A stretch of DNA of 64,000 nucleotides from an uncultured Gammaproteobacteria bacterium (GTDB taxonomy: Bacteria; Patescibacteriota; Microgenomatia; Levybacterales; UBA12049). The DNA lies in NCBI GenBank assembly GCA_964564035.1, contig CAZLZN010000002.1, forward strand, positions 20,898 to 84,897, given 5' to 3'. The position numbers and the translations under genes were made by a program. Below the pieces are notes generated by a model. That model was not told where the DNA came from, ran no database searches, and was given only the letters and a program-made list of their open reading frames with translations. Below are positions 45,564 to 54,477 of the stretch, in pieces (the first letter of the stretch is position 1; each line of letters opens with the position of its first letter).

Positions 45564-46520
45564 CTATACAATTTTTCTCCAATAGTCCAGAGTGTCGCTG
45601 AGTGTTTTCTCAATTTCAATCTCGGGCTTCCATCCTGTCAATTTATAAATTTTTGTGCTGTCACATCTCATTTCGGGTATATCTCCGGGCCTGTATTTTG
45701 ACTTATCATCGACCAGGCTGATTTTTGCGGTCGAAAAACTGAGTAGTATGTCCAGCATTTCTCTTATACTCCTGCTTCTTCCCGACCCTATGTTATAAAT
45801 CTCACCCGGAGTCCCCATTTCAATAAGCTGTAAATATGCATGGACAATATCCCGGACGTCCGTAAAGTCTCGTTTGGTAGTCAAATCCCCGACTTTCATA
45901 ACAGGCTCCATTTTCCCGTTTTCAATAGATGCGATTTGTTTGGAAAAATCAGAAATCACAAAACGGCTGTCCTGTCTTGGTCCGATATGGTTAAAAGGCC
46001 GGGCAATAATTATATTCATTCTATAAGCGTAAAAATACTGAAACCCGGAGAAGTCCTGCGCTATTTTACTGACCGCGTATGGCGATACAGGGCGAAGTAG
46101 GGTTCTCTCATTTATCGGTAGATCTCCCGGGTCAGGCTTGCCGTAAATATCGCCCGATGAAGTAATTAATATTCTAGTACTTTTTAGTTCTGCCTTTTTT
46201 ACAGCTTCAAAAAGATTTATCTGTGACTCATAATTATTATGCATTACGCCAATTGGATCACTGAAGCTGTCTCTGGGAGCGCTGGAGCCTGCCAGATGAA
46301 ATATATAATCCGGTTTAATCTCATTAATAAGCTTGAAAAGAGGTTCAAAATCTCCCAAATTTATGTTTACAAATTTTATTTTATCTTTTACCGGAGATTT
46401 TTGAAGACTTTCTTCCCTGCTGTAGATCCCTGTGGTGTCGAATTTCCTCTCTCTTGAAAGATGTTCGCATAAATAGCCGCCGGCAAAACCCGTCGCGCCT
46501 GTGACCAGAACTTTTATCAT
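45564..46520 (-). CDS. NAD-dependent epimerase/dehydratase, probable GDP-4-keto-6-deoxy-D-mannose reductase (Rmd-like)
   Basis: VTGATGFAGGYL and YAVSKI. Adjacent to gmd. It lacks the GDP-fucose synthase pattern I know. Confidence 0.55.
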   Translation of the reverse strand: MIKVLVTGATGFAGGYLCEHLSRERKFDTTGIYSREESLQKSPVKDKIKFVNINLGDFEPLFKLINEIKPDYIFHLAGSSAPRDSFSDPIGVMHNNYESQINLFEAVKKAELKSTRILITSSGDIYGKPDPGDLPINERTLLRPVSPYAVSKIAQDFSGFQYFYAYRMNIIIARPFNHIGPRQDSRFVISDFSKQIASIENGKMEPVMKVGDLTTKRDFTDVRDIVHAYLQLIEMGTPGEIYNIGSGRSRSIREMLDILLSFSTAKISLVDDKSKYRPGDIPEMRCDSTKIYKLTGWKPEIEIEKTLSDTLDYWRKIV

Positions 46521-47839
46521 CGTCCGACACCCTTGTAGTTAAAGCCCAACTCTTTCATTGTTTCAGGTACATAAATATTTCGCCCGTCTACAATATTTGG
46601 CGATTTCATGAGTTTTTTTACTTTATTCAGATCCAACTGCTGAAATTCATTCCATTCAGTAACAACGATTAGGATATCCGCATCTTTTGCAACTGCGTAT
46701 GGATCCTGTTCAAATTTAATGTCATTAACTCCGTCAAGTAAACGTTTTGCGTTATCAATAGCTATCGGATCATAAGTTTTAACCTTAATTCCGGCCTTTA
46801 TCAACTCATTTATTATTATAATTGAAGGCGCGTCTCTCATGTCATCTGTATCGGGCTTAAATGATAAACCCAATACCCCGGCGGTTTTCCCTTTGGCTTC
46901 CCCTTTTAACATGTCCATAACTTTAACTATTATATTCTGAGTTGTGTGGCGGTTGATCCTCTGTACTTCTTTGAGTAGAGTAAAGTCATAACCATGATTC
47001 GAAGCGATTGCGATCAGCGCCTTAACATCTTTGGGGAAACAACTGCCTCCGTAACCGGCACCTGCATTTAAAAAGGCCGGACCGATTCTCCTGTCGAGCC
47101 CGACTGCTTGCAGAACTTTGAGCCCGTCCGCGCCAGTCCTTTCCGAAAGCTCAGAAATAGCATTAGCAAATGATATTTTTGTAGCCAGAAATGCATTCGA
47201 TGCGTATTTGATCATTTCCGCGGTCTCAATATTACACAAAACCAGTCTCTCCGTAATTTTTTCCTCCTTGGTAACCAGCGGCCGGTGCAATTCAACGAGT
47301 ATTTTTTCCGCCTTTTTTGACTGTGAGCCGATTACTACCCTATCCGGCATTAGCGTATCGCTGATAGCCTGTCCTTCTCTCAAAAACTCCGGAACAGACG
47401 CGATATCAAATTCTACATTTTTACTTTTTACCTGATTTATGATCTCTTGTACTTTCTTATTTGTACCGATCGGCACTGTGCTTTTGGTAATCACTACAGC
47501 ATAGTTCTTGAGGTGTTTGCCGATTTTACCCGCTACTTCATAAACAACCGACAAATCCGCTTCTCCGTTCGCTGCTGACGGCGTTCCGACTGCAATAAAA
47601 ACCACTTCCGACTCCGATATTGCAGGGGTATAGTCCATTGTAAAAAGCAACCTTTTTGCCTCAACATTTCTGACAACAAGCTCAGATAGACCGGGTTCAT
47701 AAATAGGAATAATTCCTTTTTTTAGATTCTCGACCTTTTTTGGAGTATGCCCAATTACCCAAACCGTATTGCCCAGATCTGCAAATACCGCGGCTGAAAC
47801 CAGTCCTACATATCCGTGTCCGACAAATGTAATAGTCAT
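46517..47839 (-). CDS. ugd: UDP-glucose 6-dehydrogenase
   Basis: FVGHGYVGLV and GYGGSCFPKD (catalytic Cys). Confidence 0.9.
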   Translation of the reverse strand: MTITFVGHGYVGLVSAAVFADLGNTVWVIGHTPKKVENLKKGIIPIYEPGLSELVVRNVEAKRLLFTMDYTPAISESEVVFIAVGTPSAANGEADLSVVYEVAGKIGKHLKNYAVVITKSTVPIGTNKKVQEIINQVKSKNVEFDIASVPEFLREGQAISDTLMPDRVVIGSQSKKAEKILVELHRPLVTKEEKITERLVLCNIETAEMIKYASNAFLATKISFANAISELSERTGADGLKVLQAVGLDRRIGPAFLNAGAGYGGSCFPKDVKALIAIASNHGYDFTLLKEVQRINRHTTQNIIVKVMDMLKGEAKGKTAGVLGLSFKPDTDDMRDAPSIIIINELIKAGIKVKTYDPIAIDNAKRLLDGVNDIKFEQDPYAVAKDADILIVVTEWNEFQQLDLNKVKKLMKSPNIVDGRNIYVPETMKELGFNYKGVGR

Positions 47840-47855
47840 ATTTATTTATAAATTC

Positions 47856-48761
47856 TCAGGTATTTAATCCCTTGTTTATATTTTGATTTTTGACCTCCAG
47901 CAATCCATGTTCAAAATCAAACATCTTAATACCTAACTTTTGTATTTTATCATTATTCATTTTCAAATTAAAGGGCCGCTTGGCTTTGCCTTTAAAATAC
48001 TCATCTCTGGTAGTCTTCGTTATAAGGCTTTTATCAAAGCCGAATATCTCAGCAGTTTTAATAGCCGCGTCATAAGGAGTGATACTGCCGCTACCCGTCA
48101 GATGATATATTCCCTGAAGATTATTTGTGATTATAACCTCCATTCCGGCCCCCACGTCGCTGAGAAGACTGGGTGTCATGATGTGATCCGTAATGCCCGC
48201 TATGGGCATATTTTGAGATAGCCTATTAATAAATATGTGCAAAAAGTCCTGTTTGCCGTCAAATTTGTCTGTTCTATAAGGATATCCAAGTCTTATTATA
48301 TTATATGGGAGTCCTGATTTTTGCACTTCCTCTTCGGCAAGCATTTTTGTTTGCGCGTACCAGTTAACCGGATCCGGCTTATCTTCCTCACTATAACCGT
48401 TTTCAGGCGTATCTTCTCCGTTAAAAACAAAATCGGTCGATATGTATATTAATTTTTTATTCTTCGGCCTAAGCGCATTAATAACATTACGTATACCTAA
48501 GACGTTTATCAAATATGCATCCCCCTCCGCTCCTTTTGATTTGTCCGCTTCACATCCGTCAACATCGGCTTTTGCTGCATACATTATTACAGCCTCATGC
48601 TCGTTGTCTTCTTCGATGATTTTCAAACTTTCCGGCCTTCTTATATCAATACCCGACTCCATCGTTAAATTATCGACCTCAATATTTTGGCCCAGAGAAT
48701 TATTAATTCCTGAACCGACCAATCCTGACCCGCCGATTGAGTATATTTTAATTTTATTCAT
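47856..48761 (-). CDS. rfbD: dTDP-4-dehydrorhamnose reductase-like SDR
   Basis: GGSGLVGS, ISTDFVFNG and YAQTKM. Confidence 0.65.
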   Translation of the reverse strand: MNKIKIYSIGGSGLVGSGINNSLGQNIEVDNLTMESGIDIRRPESLKIIEEDNEHEAVIMYAAKADVDGCEADKSKGAEGDAYLINVLGIRNVINALRPKNKKLIYISTDFVFNGEDTPENGYSEEDKPDPVNWYAQTKMLAEEEVQKSGLPYNIIRLGYPYRTDKFDGKQDFLHIFINRLSQNMPIAGITDHIMTPSLLSDVGAGMEVIITNNLQGIYHLTGSGSITPYDAAIKTAEIFGFDKSLITKTTRDEYFKGKAKRPFNLKMNNDKIQKLGIKMFDFEHGLLEVKNQNINKGLNT

Positions 48762-48767
48762 TTTTAT

Positions 48768-49307
48768 TTACTTTTTATTTAGATTTAACAACATATATAT
48801 TGCTGCGATCGAAGGAGCGTGTACTAACTCTCCTTTTTCAATCATTGAAGGTATACGCTCAATTGGCACCTTAATTGTCTCAATAAATTCCTCACTGTCA
48901 AAATTTGCTTGACCCATTTTTAGCCCTCTTGCCGCAAAAACATGTGCTTTGTAATAAGTATTTGCAGCAAGATCTATAACCCCCAGTTTTTCCCAGAGGT
49001 TTGCACTCAGCCCGGTTTCCTCGGCAAGTTCCCTCTTCGCCGCCGCCAATGGATCCTCTTCGGATTCTAGTGTACCTGCTACCACTTCGGTCAAAACGGT
49101 TCTCAGTGCATCTCTATACTGTTTAACCATAAATATTTCATTTTTATCATTCAGTGCGAGAATATATACAACAGGCAGTCTGTAAACGATTTCTTTTGTG
49201 ATTTTCTTATTATGAAACTCAAGCTCTAATTTTTTAACTTTGAAATATTTAGACTCATAAACAGTTTTTTCGGACAAAACCTTGGAGGGAATTATTTTAC
49301 TTGCCAT
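48768..49307 (-). CDS. NUDIX hydrolase
   Basis: Nudix box GTLESEEDPLAAAKRELAEETGL. Confidence 0.8.
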   Translation of the reverse strand: MASKIIPSKVLSEKTVYESKYFKVKKLELEFHNKKITKEIVYRLPVVYILALNDKNEIFMVKQYRDALRTVLTEVVAGTLESEEDPLAAAKRELAEETGLSANLWEKLGVIDLAANTYYKAHVFAARGLKMGQANFDSEEFIETIKVPIERIPSMIEKGELVHAPSIAAIYMLLNLNKK

Positions 49308-50310
49308 ATTGTTTTTCGTAATATTTCATATATTCACCTGTTTTTATATTTTTCCACCAATTTTGGTTATTTTTATACCATTCCACAGTCTCATTCAATC
49401 TTTCTTCAAAAGGGTGCTCGGGTTCCCAATCAAGCTCATTTTTGATTTTTGACCAGTCGACTGCATACCGCCTGTCATGACCCGGCCTGTCTTTGACATA
49501 CTCGATCATCTCATCTCCAAATCCCAGCATACTACAAATTTTGCGAACGATAGTAATATTATTTATATCATCCGTCAAACCGCCTACGCAGTATGTTTCA
49601 CCAATTTTACCCTTATTCAGGACTGCATCGATTGCTCGGCAATGATCCTCGACAAAAAGCCAGTCCCGCACATATAGTCCGTCGCCGTAAACCGGCACTT
49701 TTTTTCCTTCAAGCAAATTAGTAATCGCAAGCGGTATAAACTTTTCCGGAAACATAAAAGGACCGAAATTATTTGAACAGTTCGTAATAGTAACCGGAAG
49801 TCCGTAAGTAGTGTTATAAGCTCTCACCAGATGGTCTGATCCGGCCTTGCTGGCCGCATATGGGCTTCTGGGGCTATAAGCGGTCAGTTCATTAAATTTG
49901 TTTTTATCATCAAGCTTCAATGAGCCGAAAACTTCATCTGTTGAAATATGATGAAATCTTTTGACCTGGTTTTTCATAGCGCTATCCAGAAGAACCTGTG
50001 TCCCCATAATATTTGTGGTTATAAAAGGCGCCGGCTCCATGATCGATCTGTCGACATGGCTTTCGGCCGCAAAATGAACGACAATATCGGATCCGGCCAT
50101 TGATGCCTGTACTTTTTCAGCCTCACAAATATCACCATGAACAAATTTATAATTAGGATTTTTTTCAACTTCCTTTAAATTCTCCAGATTTCCGGCATAA
50201 GTCAATTTATCGAAATTTATAATCGTGTCTTGCGGATATTTCTTCAGCCAATAGAGGATAAAATTTGAGCCGATGAAACCGGCCCCGCCTGTTACAAATA
50301 GTTTCATCAT
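49297..50310 (-). CDS. rfbB: dTDP-glucose 4,6-dehydratase
   Basis: VTGGAGFIGSNF, ISTDEVFG and YAASKA. Confidence 0.9.
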   Translation of the reverse strand: MMKLFVTGGAGFIGSNFILYWLKKYPQDTIINFDKLTYAGNLENLKEVEKNPNYKFVHGDICEAEKVQASMAGSDIVVHFAAESHVDRSIMEPAPFITTNIMGTQVLLDSAMKNQVKRFHHISTDEVFGSLKLDDKNKFNELTAYSPRSPYAASKAGSDHLVRAYNTTYGLPVTITNCSNNFGPFMFPEKFIPLAITNLLEGKKVPVYGDGLYVRDWLFVEDHCRAIDAVLNKGKIGETYCVGGLTDDINNITIVRKICSMLGFGDEMIEYVKDRPGHDRRYAVDWSKIKNELDWEPEHPFEERLNETVEWYKNNQNWWKNIKTGEYMKYYEKQYGK

Positions 50311-50750
50311 TTCACAATGCCCGATTCCAGCTCTTCCTGAGTATACTCAACCTGCTCATCTTTTAATTCCGGATCATAAGCAGGGTCCGGATAGTTAACT
50401 AACCAACCCTCTTCATCTCCCACATTTTCAAGTCCCGTAGCTACATCTTTTGGAATAAACAATCTTTGCGGTTGTGAACTGTCAAGAATGCGCTCGGTCC
50501 TTACCCATACATCGTTTTCGCGCTCGTATGTAATTATTTTCATTCTGCCTTTGAGGCAAACATATCTGGCCGCTCTGACCCTATGCAGATGATAGCCTTT
50601 AAATGCGCCCGGAAATGCGGTGGATAAATAAACTTCTGTTTTCTGATTTGACTCTTTATCTTTAAAAAGCTCCATCAGCCATCCGTTTTCTTGCCTTGAC
50701 GGATCATATGTTGTTACTTTTTTAGCTTCTTCGAGTGTTACTTTGCTCAT
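50307..50750 (-). CDS. cupin-fold dTDP-sugar epimerase/isomerase (RfbC/FdtA-like)
   Basis: 147 aa. FKGYHLHR and LFIPKDVATGLEN are cupin motifs. It sits between rfbA-like and rfbB. Confidence 0.55.
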   Translation of the reverse strand: MSKVTLEEAKKVTTYDPSRQENGWLMELFKDKESNQKTEVYLSTAFPGAFKGYHLHRVRAARYVCLKGRMKIITYERENDVWVRTERILDSSQPQRLFIPKDVATGLENVGDEEGWLVNYPDPAYDPELKDEQVEYTQEELESGIVK

Positions 50751-50752
50751 TT

Positions 50753-51475
50753 TTACTCCTTTGTTTTACCGTGTTTTTTGGCCATTAAAATATTGGCTCT
50801 CAATAAGCTGTCGAATGTACCCGCGTCCTCCCAGACGCAATCAATTACTTTTACATTCAGCTCACCGTTTTTATGATAATTTTTATACAGATCTACAATC
50901 TCAAGCTCACCCCTTTTAGACGGTTTCAAATTCTTCGCGTACTCCGAAGCCCTATGATCAAATATATAAAGTCCGGGCACGGCGTAATCACTTGGAGGTA
51001 CTTCGGGTTTCTCTACAATAGATTTTACTTTGCCTGACTTATCAAAGTCAACTACCGCGTATCTTTGCGGATCCGGAACTTTTATTGCAAAAATTTGTCC
51101 GCCGCTTTTAAAATTACTTATCTCCTCAGAAAAATCATAATCAAATATGTTATCACCCAGGATCATTGCAACGTTGTTATCTTTAATAAAATGCTCACCG
51201 ATCAAAAAAGCGTCAGCCAGTCCTTTGGGTTCTTCCTGAATTTCGTATGTAAATCTTGCGTTAAAATTTTTGCCAGATCCGAGTAGGTTCAAAAAATGCC
51301 CTGCATATTCGGGCGCTACAATGATCAAAATGTCCTTAATTCCTGCCTTGATCAAAGTCTCGACCGGATAATAAATCATCGGCTTGTGGTAAACAGGTAG
51401 GAGCTGTTTTGATGTTATTTTTGTTAACGGCCGGAGCCTGGTAGCCTTGCCTCCAGCCAATACGATTCCTTTCAT
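50753..51475 (-). CDS. rfbA: glucose-1-phosphate thymidylyltransferase-like sugar nucleotidyltransferase (short form)
   Basis: GIVLAGGKATRLRPLT and ILGDNIF. Confidence 0.75.
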   Translation of the reverse strand: MKGIVLAGGKATRLRPLTKITSKQLLPVYHKPMIYYPVETLIKAGIKDILIIVAPEYAGHFLNLLGSGKNFNARFTYEIQEEPKGLADAFLIGEHFIKDNNVAMILGDNIFDYDFSEEISNFKSGGQIFAIKVPDPQRYAVVDFDKSGKVKSIVEKPEVPPSDYAVPGLYIFDHRASEYAKNLKPSKRGELEIVDLYKNYHKNGELNVKVIDCVWEDAGTFDSLLRANILMAKKHGKTKE

Positions 51476-51476
51476 A

Positions 51477-51737
51477 TTATTTAAAATATAACAATGAAAT
51501 AATTATTCCGAATACCGCGAATAACATATATTCTAGCACAACAGCCGTACTTAATCTATGATGCAGATGCTGATGCGCAATAGCCATAGCTAAATACGCC
51601 GCAGTCATTGTAAATACAACTGCCAATTGCAGTTCTTTGCGGTTGCCTAGCGACATTAAGACTATAACACCGACAGTCTGCACTATTCCTAGCAAAAAAT
51701 AATATTTAAAATGTGCCGGGATATTCTTTTTGTTCAT
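51477..51737 (-). CDS. small integral membrane protein
   Basis: 86 aa, 3 TM, coupled to flanking genes (1-nt gap and 4-nt overlap). Confidence 0.4.
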   Translation of the reverse strand: MNKKNIPAHFKYYFLLGIVQTVGVIVLMSLGNRKELQLAVVFTMTAAYLAMAIAHQHLHHRLSTAVVLEYMLFAVFGIIISLLYFK

Positions 51738-52648
51738 AATATCGCGCCTCGTCCAATTATTAAAATACTAGCAAGAATAAGCGATAAATATATAATATGA
51801 TCGGTGTTATGAGAAAAAGCCCTGGCAATTTTTTTCCGCTCAATTATAATAGCGTCAATTACAAGTACCAGTATAAACAAAATCAGCATAGCATATATAA
51901 AATTTTGTGTAAAATTTTCTTTATTAATAATAGGGTCTTGTTTTATCGAAGCAACACCTTGGTTATTTCTGATATCCTGCTTAACTATAATAGGACTTAT
52001 CTCGCCCCGCGCAATCAAGCTAACGGTAGGAGTTGGAGAAAGATTTAGCACAGCTATTTCTGTTTCTTTATCATCTTCGGCATCTGCATACCTTGTTCCG
52101 AACATTTCTACAACAAGCACGGTATCACTTCCCGTCAGCGTACCGGTCGCTATAGCAAATCCCACATCACTATAATCTTTCGATAACATATTGGCTCTGT
52201 GCGTAGGGCTCTCCATCCAGGCTTTTACAACATCCGGCGCAGTAGAATATCCCCGCGCGAGGTTCTCACCTGCATATAAATATTCATAACCCGAATTCAA
52301 TATAAACGACCACGGCGTTACCCCATCCGGAGCAATATGAGCCCAATAATTTTTAGAAAACATATCTGATGCCTTGTAGGACGCAGCTTGGGAAAGATCG
52401 GAATCCAGCCTCAACTCAGCCAAGCCATTTTCTTTTCTATATTCATTAGTTATCGATAGTAGTTCGGCAGGCGAAATATTCGAAGCAATTCCTAGTACTG
52501 CCGGGAATTTACTCTGAATTGGATTTAGAAGTGAAAATATAAATATTACGCCGGAAATTGCAAGCACTATAGCGTCTGCATGAAGTAGTTTTGCCCTATG
52601 ATTATTTTTTTCATGAGGTACAAATAAGTGCTTCAGAAGTCTTTTCAT
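51734..52648 (-). CDS. CAP (SCP/PR1-like) domain protein with N- and C-terminal TM segments
   Basis: YWAHIAPDG, GENLARG and WMESPTHRANML. Confidence 0.7.
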   Translation of the reverse strand: MKRLLKHLFVPHEKNNHRAKLLHADAIVLAISGVIFIFSLLNPIQSKFPAVLGIASNISPAELLSITNEYRKENGLAELRLDSDLSQAASYKASDMFSKNYWAHIAPDGVTPWSFILNSGYEYLYAGENLARGYSTAPDVVKAWMESPTHRANMLSKDYSDVGFAIATGTLTGSDTVLVVEMFGTRYADAEDDKETEIAVLNLSPTPTVSLIARGEISPIIVKQDIRNNQGVASIKQDPIINKENFTQNFIYAMLILFILVLVIDAIIIERKKIARAFSHNTDHIIYLSLILASILIIGRGAIL

Positions 52649-52714
52649 ATATAAAGTATATTATAAAAAAAGTCCGGGTATCAAGTATGAACAATCCGTA
52701 CAACAGGCCTGGAT

Positions 52715-53038
52715 TTATATAGCGTTATATATCGGGGCTTCTATCTCTCCAGCTTTTTTATCATTTATAGGTATACCCAACAGGACTCCGAGGGCATTGG
52801 CAATTGTCAGTCCGACACGGATTCCGGTGTAAGAACCTGGCCCTCTATTCACACTAATTTTATCAATTTCCTGTATTTTTATATTTGCCTCCCGCAATAG
52901 ATCATTTATCATTCCCAATAAGACCTGCGCCTTATCCCTCCCGCTTTGCTTGCGCTTGGTTTCCCGCGCGCTTCCCGCATCCAGTCGTGTCTCTATGTAT
53001 TCACTGCTTGTTGTATCAATATAAAGAATATTGCTCAT
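52715..53038 (-). CDS. tsaB: truncated TsaB-like protein (N-terminal half only)
   Basis: ILYIDTTS...ISVNRGPGSYTGIRVGLTIANAL. Start at MSNILY (ATG 53038), in an ATGA overlap with the tsaC stop. Only about 107 aa. Confidence 0.6.
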   Translation of the reverse strand: MSNILYIDTTSSEYIETRLDAGSARETKRKQSGRDKAQVLLGMINDLLREANIKIQEIDKISVNRGPGSYTGIRVGLTIANALGVLLGIPINDKKAGEIEAPIYNAI

Positions 53039-53616
53039 AATCTCACCGCCCCGTATCTCAAAATTTTCCAGGGCTCGCTTGTGCAATTAATAACAGTAGA
53101 TGCCAATGAGCTTGAATTAATTTCTTTATCTCCCTCCAATACAAAATCAACAGATTTTAAAAGCTTTTCATCAATATCTTTTATGCTAAAAGGAGTCTTG
53201 CCTCCTGCAAAATTTGCTGACGGGCCCAGTATAGGCACTCCTACTTCGGAGATTATCCAAAGAAGATTCTCATTTTTTGGAGCTCTGACCCCCAAACTGC
53301 TTCCTCCCCCTCGGACTTTATCGGGTACTCTCTCTACTATGCAATTAAGCACTATAGTTAGACCGCCCGGCCAATATTTATCTGCAAGTTCCTTTCTGGC
53401 TCTATCAGGGACCGCCTCCAGATACTGCTGTGCCATATTGAGATCAGCAACAAGCACAGGAAATGCTTTTCCATCCGGTCTTTTGCGAATCCTGATCAGT
53501 CTCTCTATCGCTTTTTCATCATCCATCCTGCAGCCGATTCCATAAGCGGTATCGGTCGGAAAAATAACAATCCCCCCTCCTTTTAAAACTTCAATACATT
53601 TATTTATTTGCCCCAT
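53035..53616 (-). CDS. tsaC: L-threonylcarbamoyladenylate synthase (YrdC/TsaC)
   Basis: GGIVIFPTDTAYGIG, GVRAPK and SANFAG. Start at MGQINK (ATG 53616). Confidence 0.85.
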   Translation of the reverse strand: MGQINKCIEVLKGGGIVIFPTDTAYGIGCRMDDEKAIERLIRIRKRPDGKAFPVLVADLNMAQQYLEAVPDRARKELADKYWPGGLTIVLNCIVERVPDKVRGGGSSLGVRAPKNENLLWIISEVGVPILGPSANFAGGKTPFSIKDIDEKLLKSVDFVLEGDKEINSSSLASTVINCTSEPWKILRYGAVRL

Positions 53617-53620
53617 GCTT

Positions 53621-54052
53621 TTATTGCTTCTTGCTGTATAAATCATTTTTAATGTTAAATATAAATCTTCTAGTCTTTGCAATTGCCCCTTTGCCCCCAT
53701 AGGAACCTGAAAATTCTTGAATCAAAACTGCAGAACTTTTAAATAACGCCTTATGCGCGATTCCATATTGGTCGTTGCCGAAGCTCTTTCTATTAACAAA
53801 AGCAAGATAACTACCCTCAGTAACCGATAATTCCTGATTAGTTAATCTTTGCTCCCTTGAGTTACCAACAGCAATGCTATTTATTACCTGATCATAATAA
53901 TCGCATAAATCGCTTAGTGCATGAGACCACGCGGATTGAGGATGCCTCCTATCTGCATCTTTAAAATAATCTTTAAAATTTTCTTGCGCTTTCCCTAAAC
54001 TTTCTTTTGGATCCTTATCTTTGCCTCTTCTATCTTCTACCATATTATTCAA
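53621..54052 (-). CDS. hypothetical protein embedded in the t6A cluster
   Basis: 143 aa. Overlaps the tsaE stop by 8 nt and ends 4 nt before the tsaC start. No motif recognised. Confidence 0.45.
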   Translation of the reverse strand: MNNMVEDRRGKDKDPKESLGKAQENFKDYFKDADRRHPQSAWSHALSDLCDYYDQVINSIAVGNSREQRLTNQELSVTEGSYLAFVNRKSFGNDQYGIAHKALFKSSAVLIQEFSGSYGGKGAIAKTRRFIFNIKNDLYSKKQ

Positions 54053-54476
54053 ATATTATTTTTCGTGATGTTTCACTTATATATTTAAATTTAATTTTTA
54101 AATAATTTTCTTCGATCTTCCCGATCTTCTCCGGCCATTCAATCACAACGATATTTTTTTCATCACTAAGTATATCCCCGATGCCCAGTTCATTCAGGTC
54201 GCATTCTTTTTCTATTCTGTAAAGATCAATATGATAAAACCTCCTGAATTTACCCGAATTTATCTTATAAGACCTGACTATTATAAATGTAGGAGATATT
54301 ATTTTAGATTTTATACCAAGCGCCTTCGCGAATCCCTGCGTAAAAGTAGTCTTACCGGAACCCAAATCTCCATACAGCGCGAAAATTCTTGTCTGACCAA
54401 GAACTGACACTATTTTTTCTCCGATTTTACGTGTTTCTTCAAATGACTTTGTTAGATATTCGTCTTTCAGCATCAA
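54045..54476 (-). CDS. tsaE: tRNA t6A ATPase TsaE (YjeE)
   Basis: LYGDLGSGKTTF, ISPTF and YHIDLYR. Confidence 0.85.
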   Translation of the reverse strand: MMLKDEYLTKSFEETRKIGEKIVSVLGQTRIFALYGDLGSGKTTFTQGFAKALGIKSKIISPTFIIVRSYKINSGKFRRFYHIDLYRIEKECDLNELGIGDILSDEKNIVVIEWPEKIGKIEENYLKIKFKYISETSRKIIFE

Positions 54477-54477
54477 C

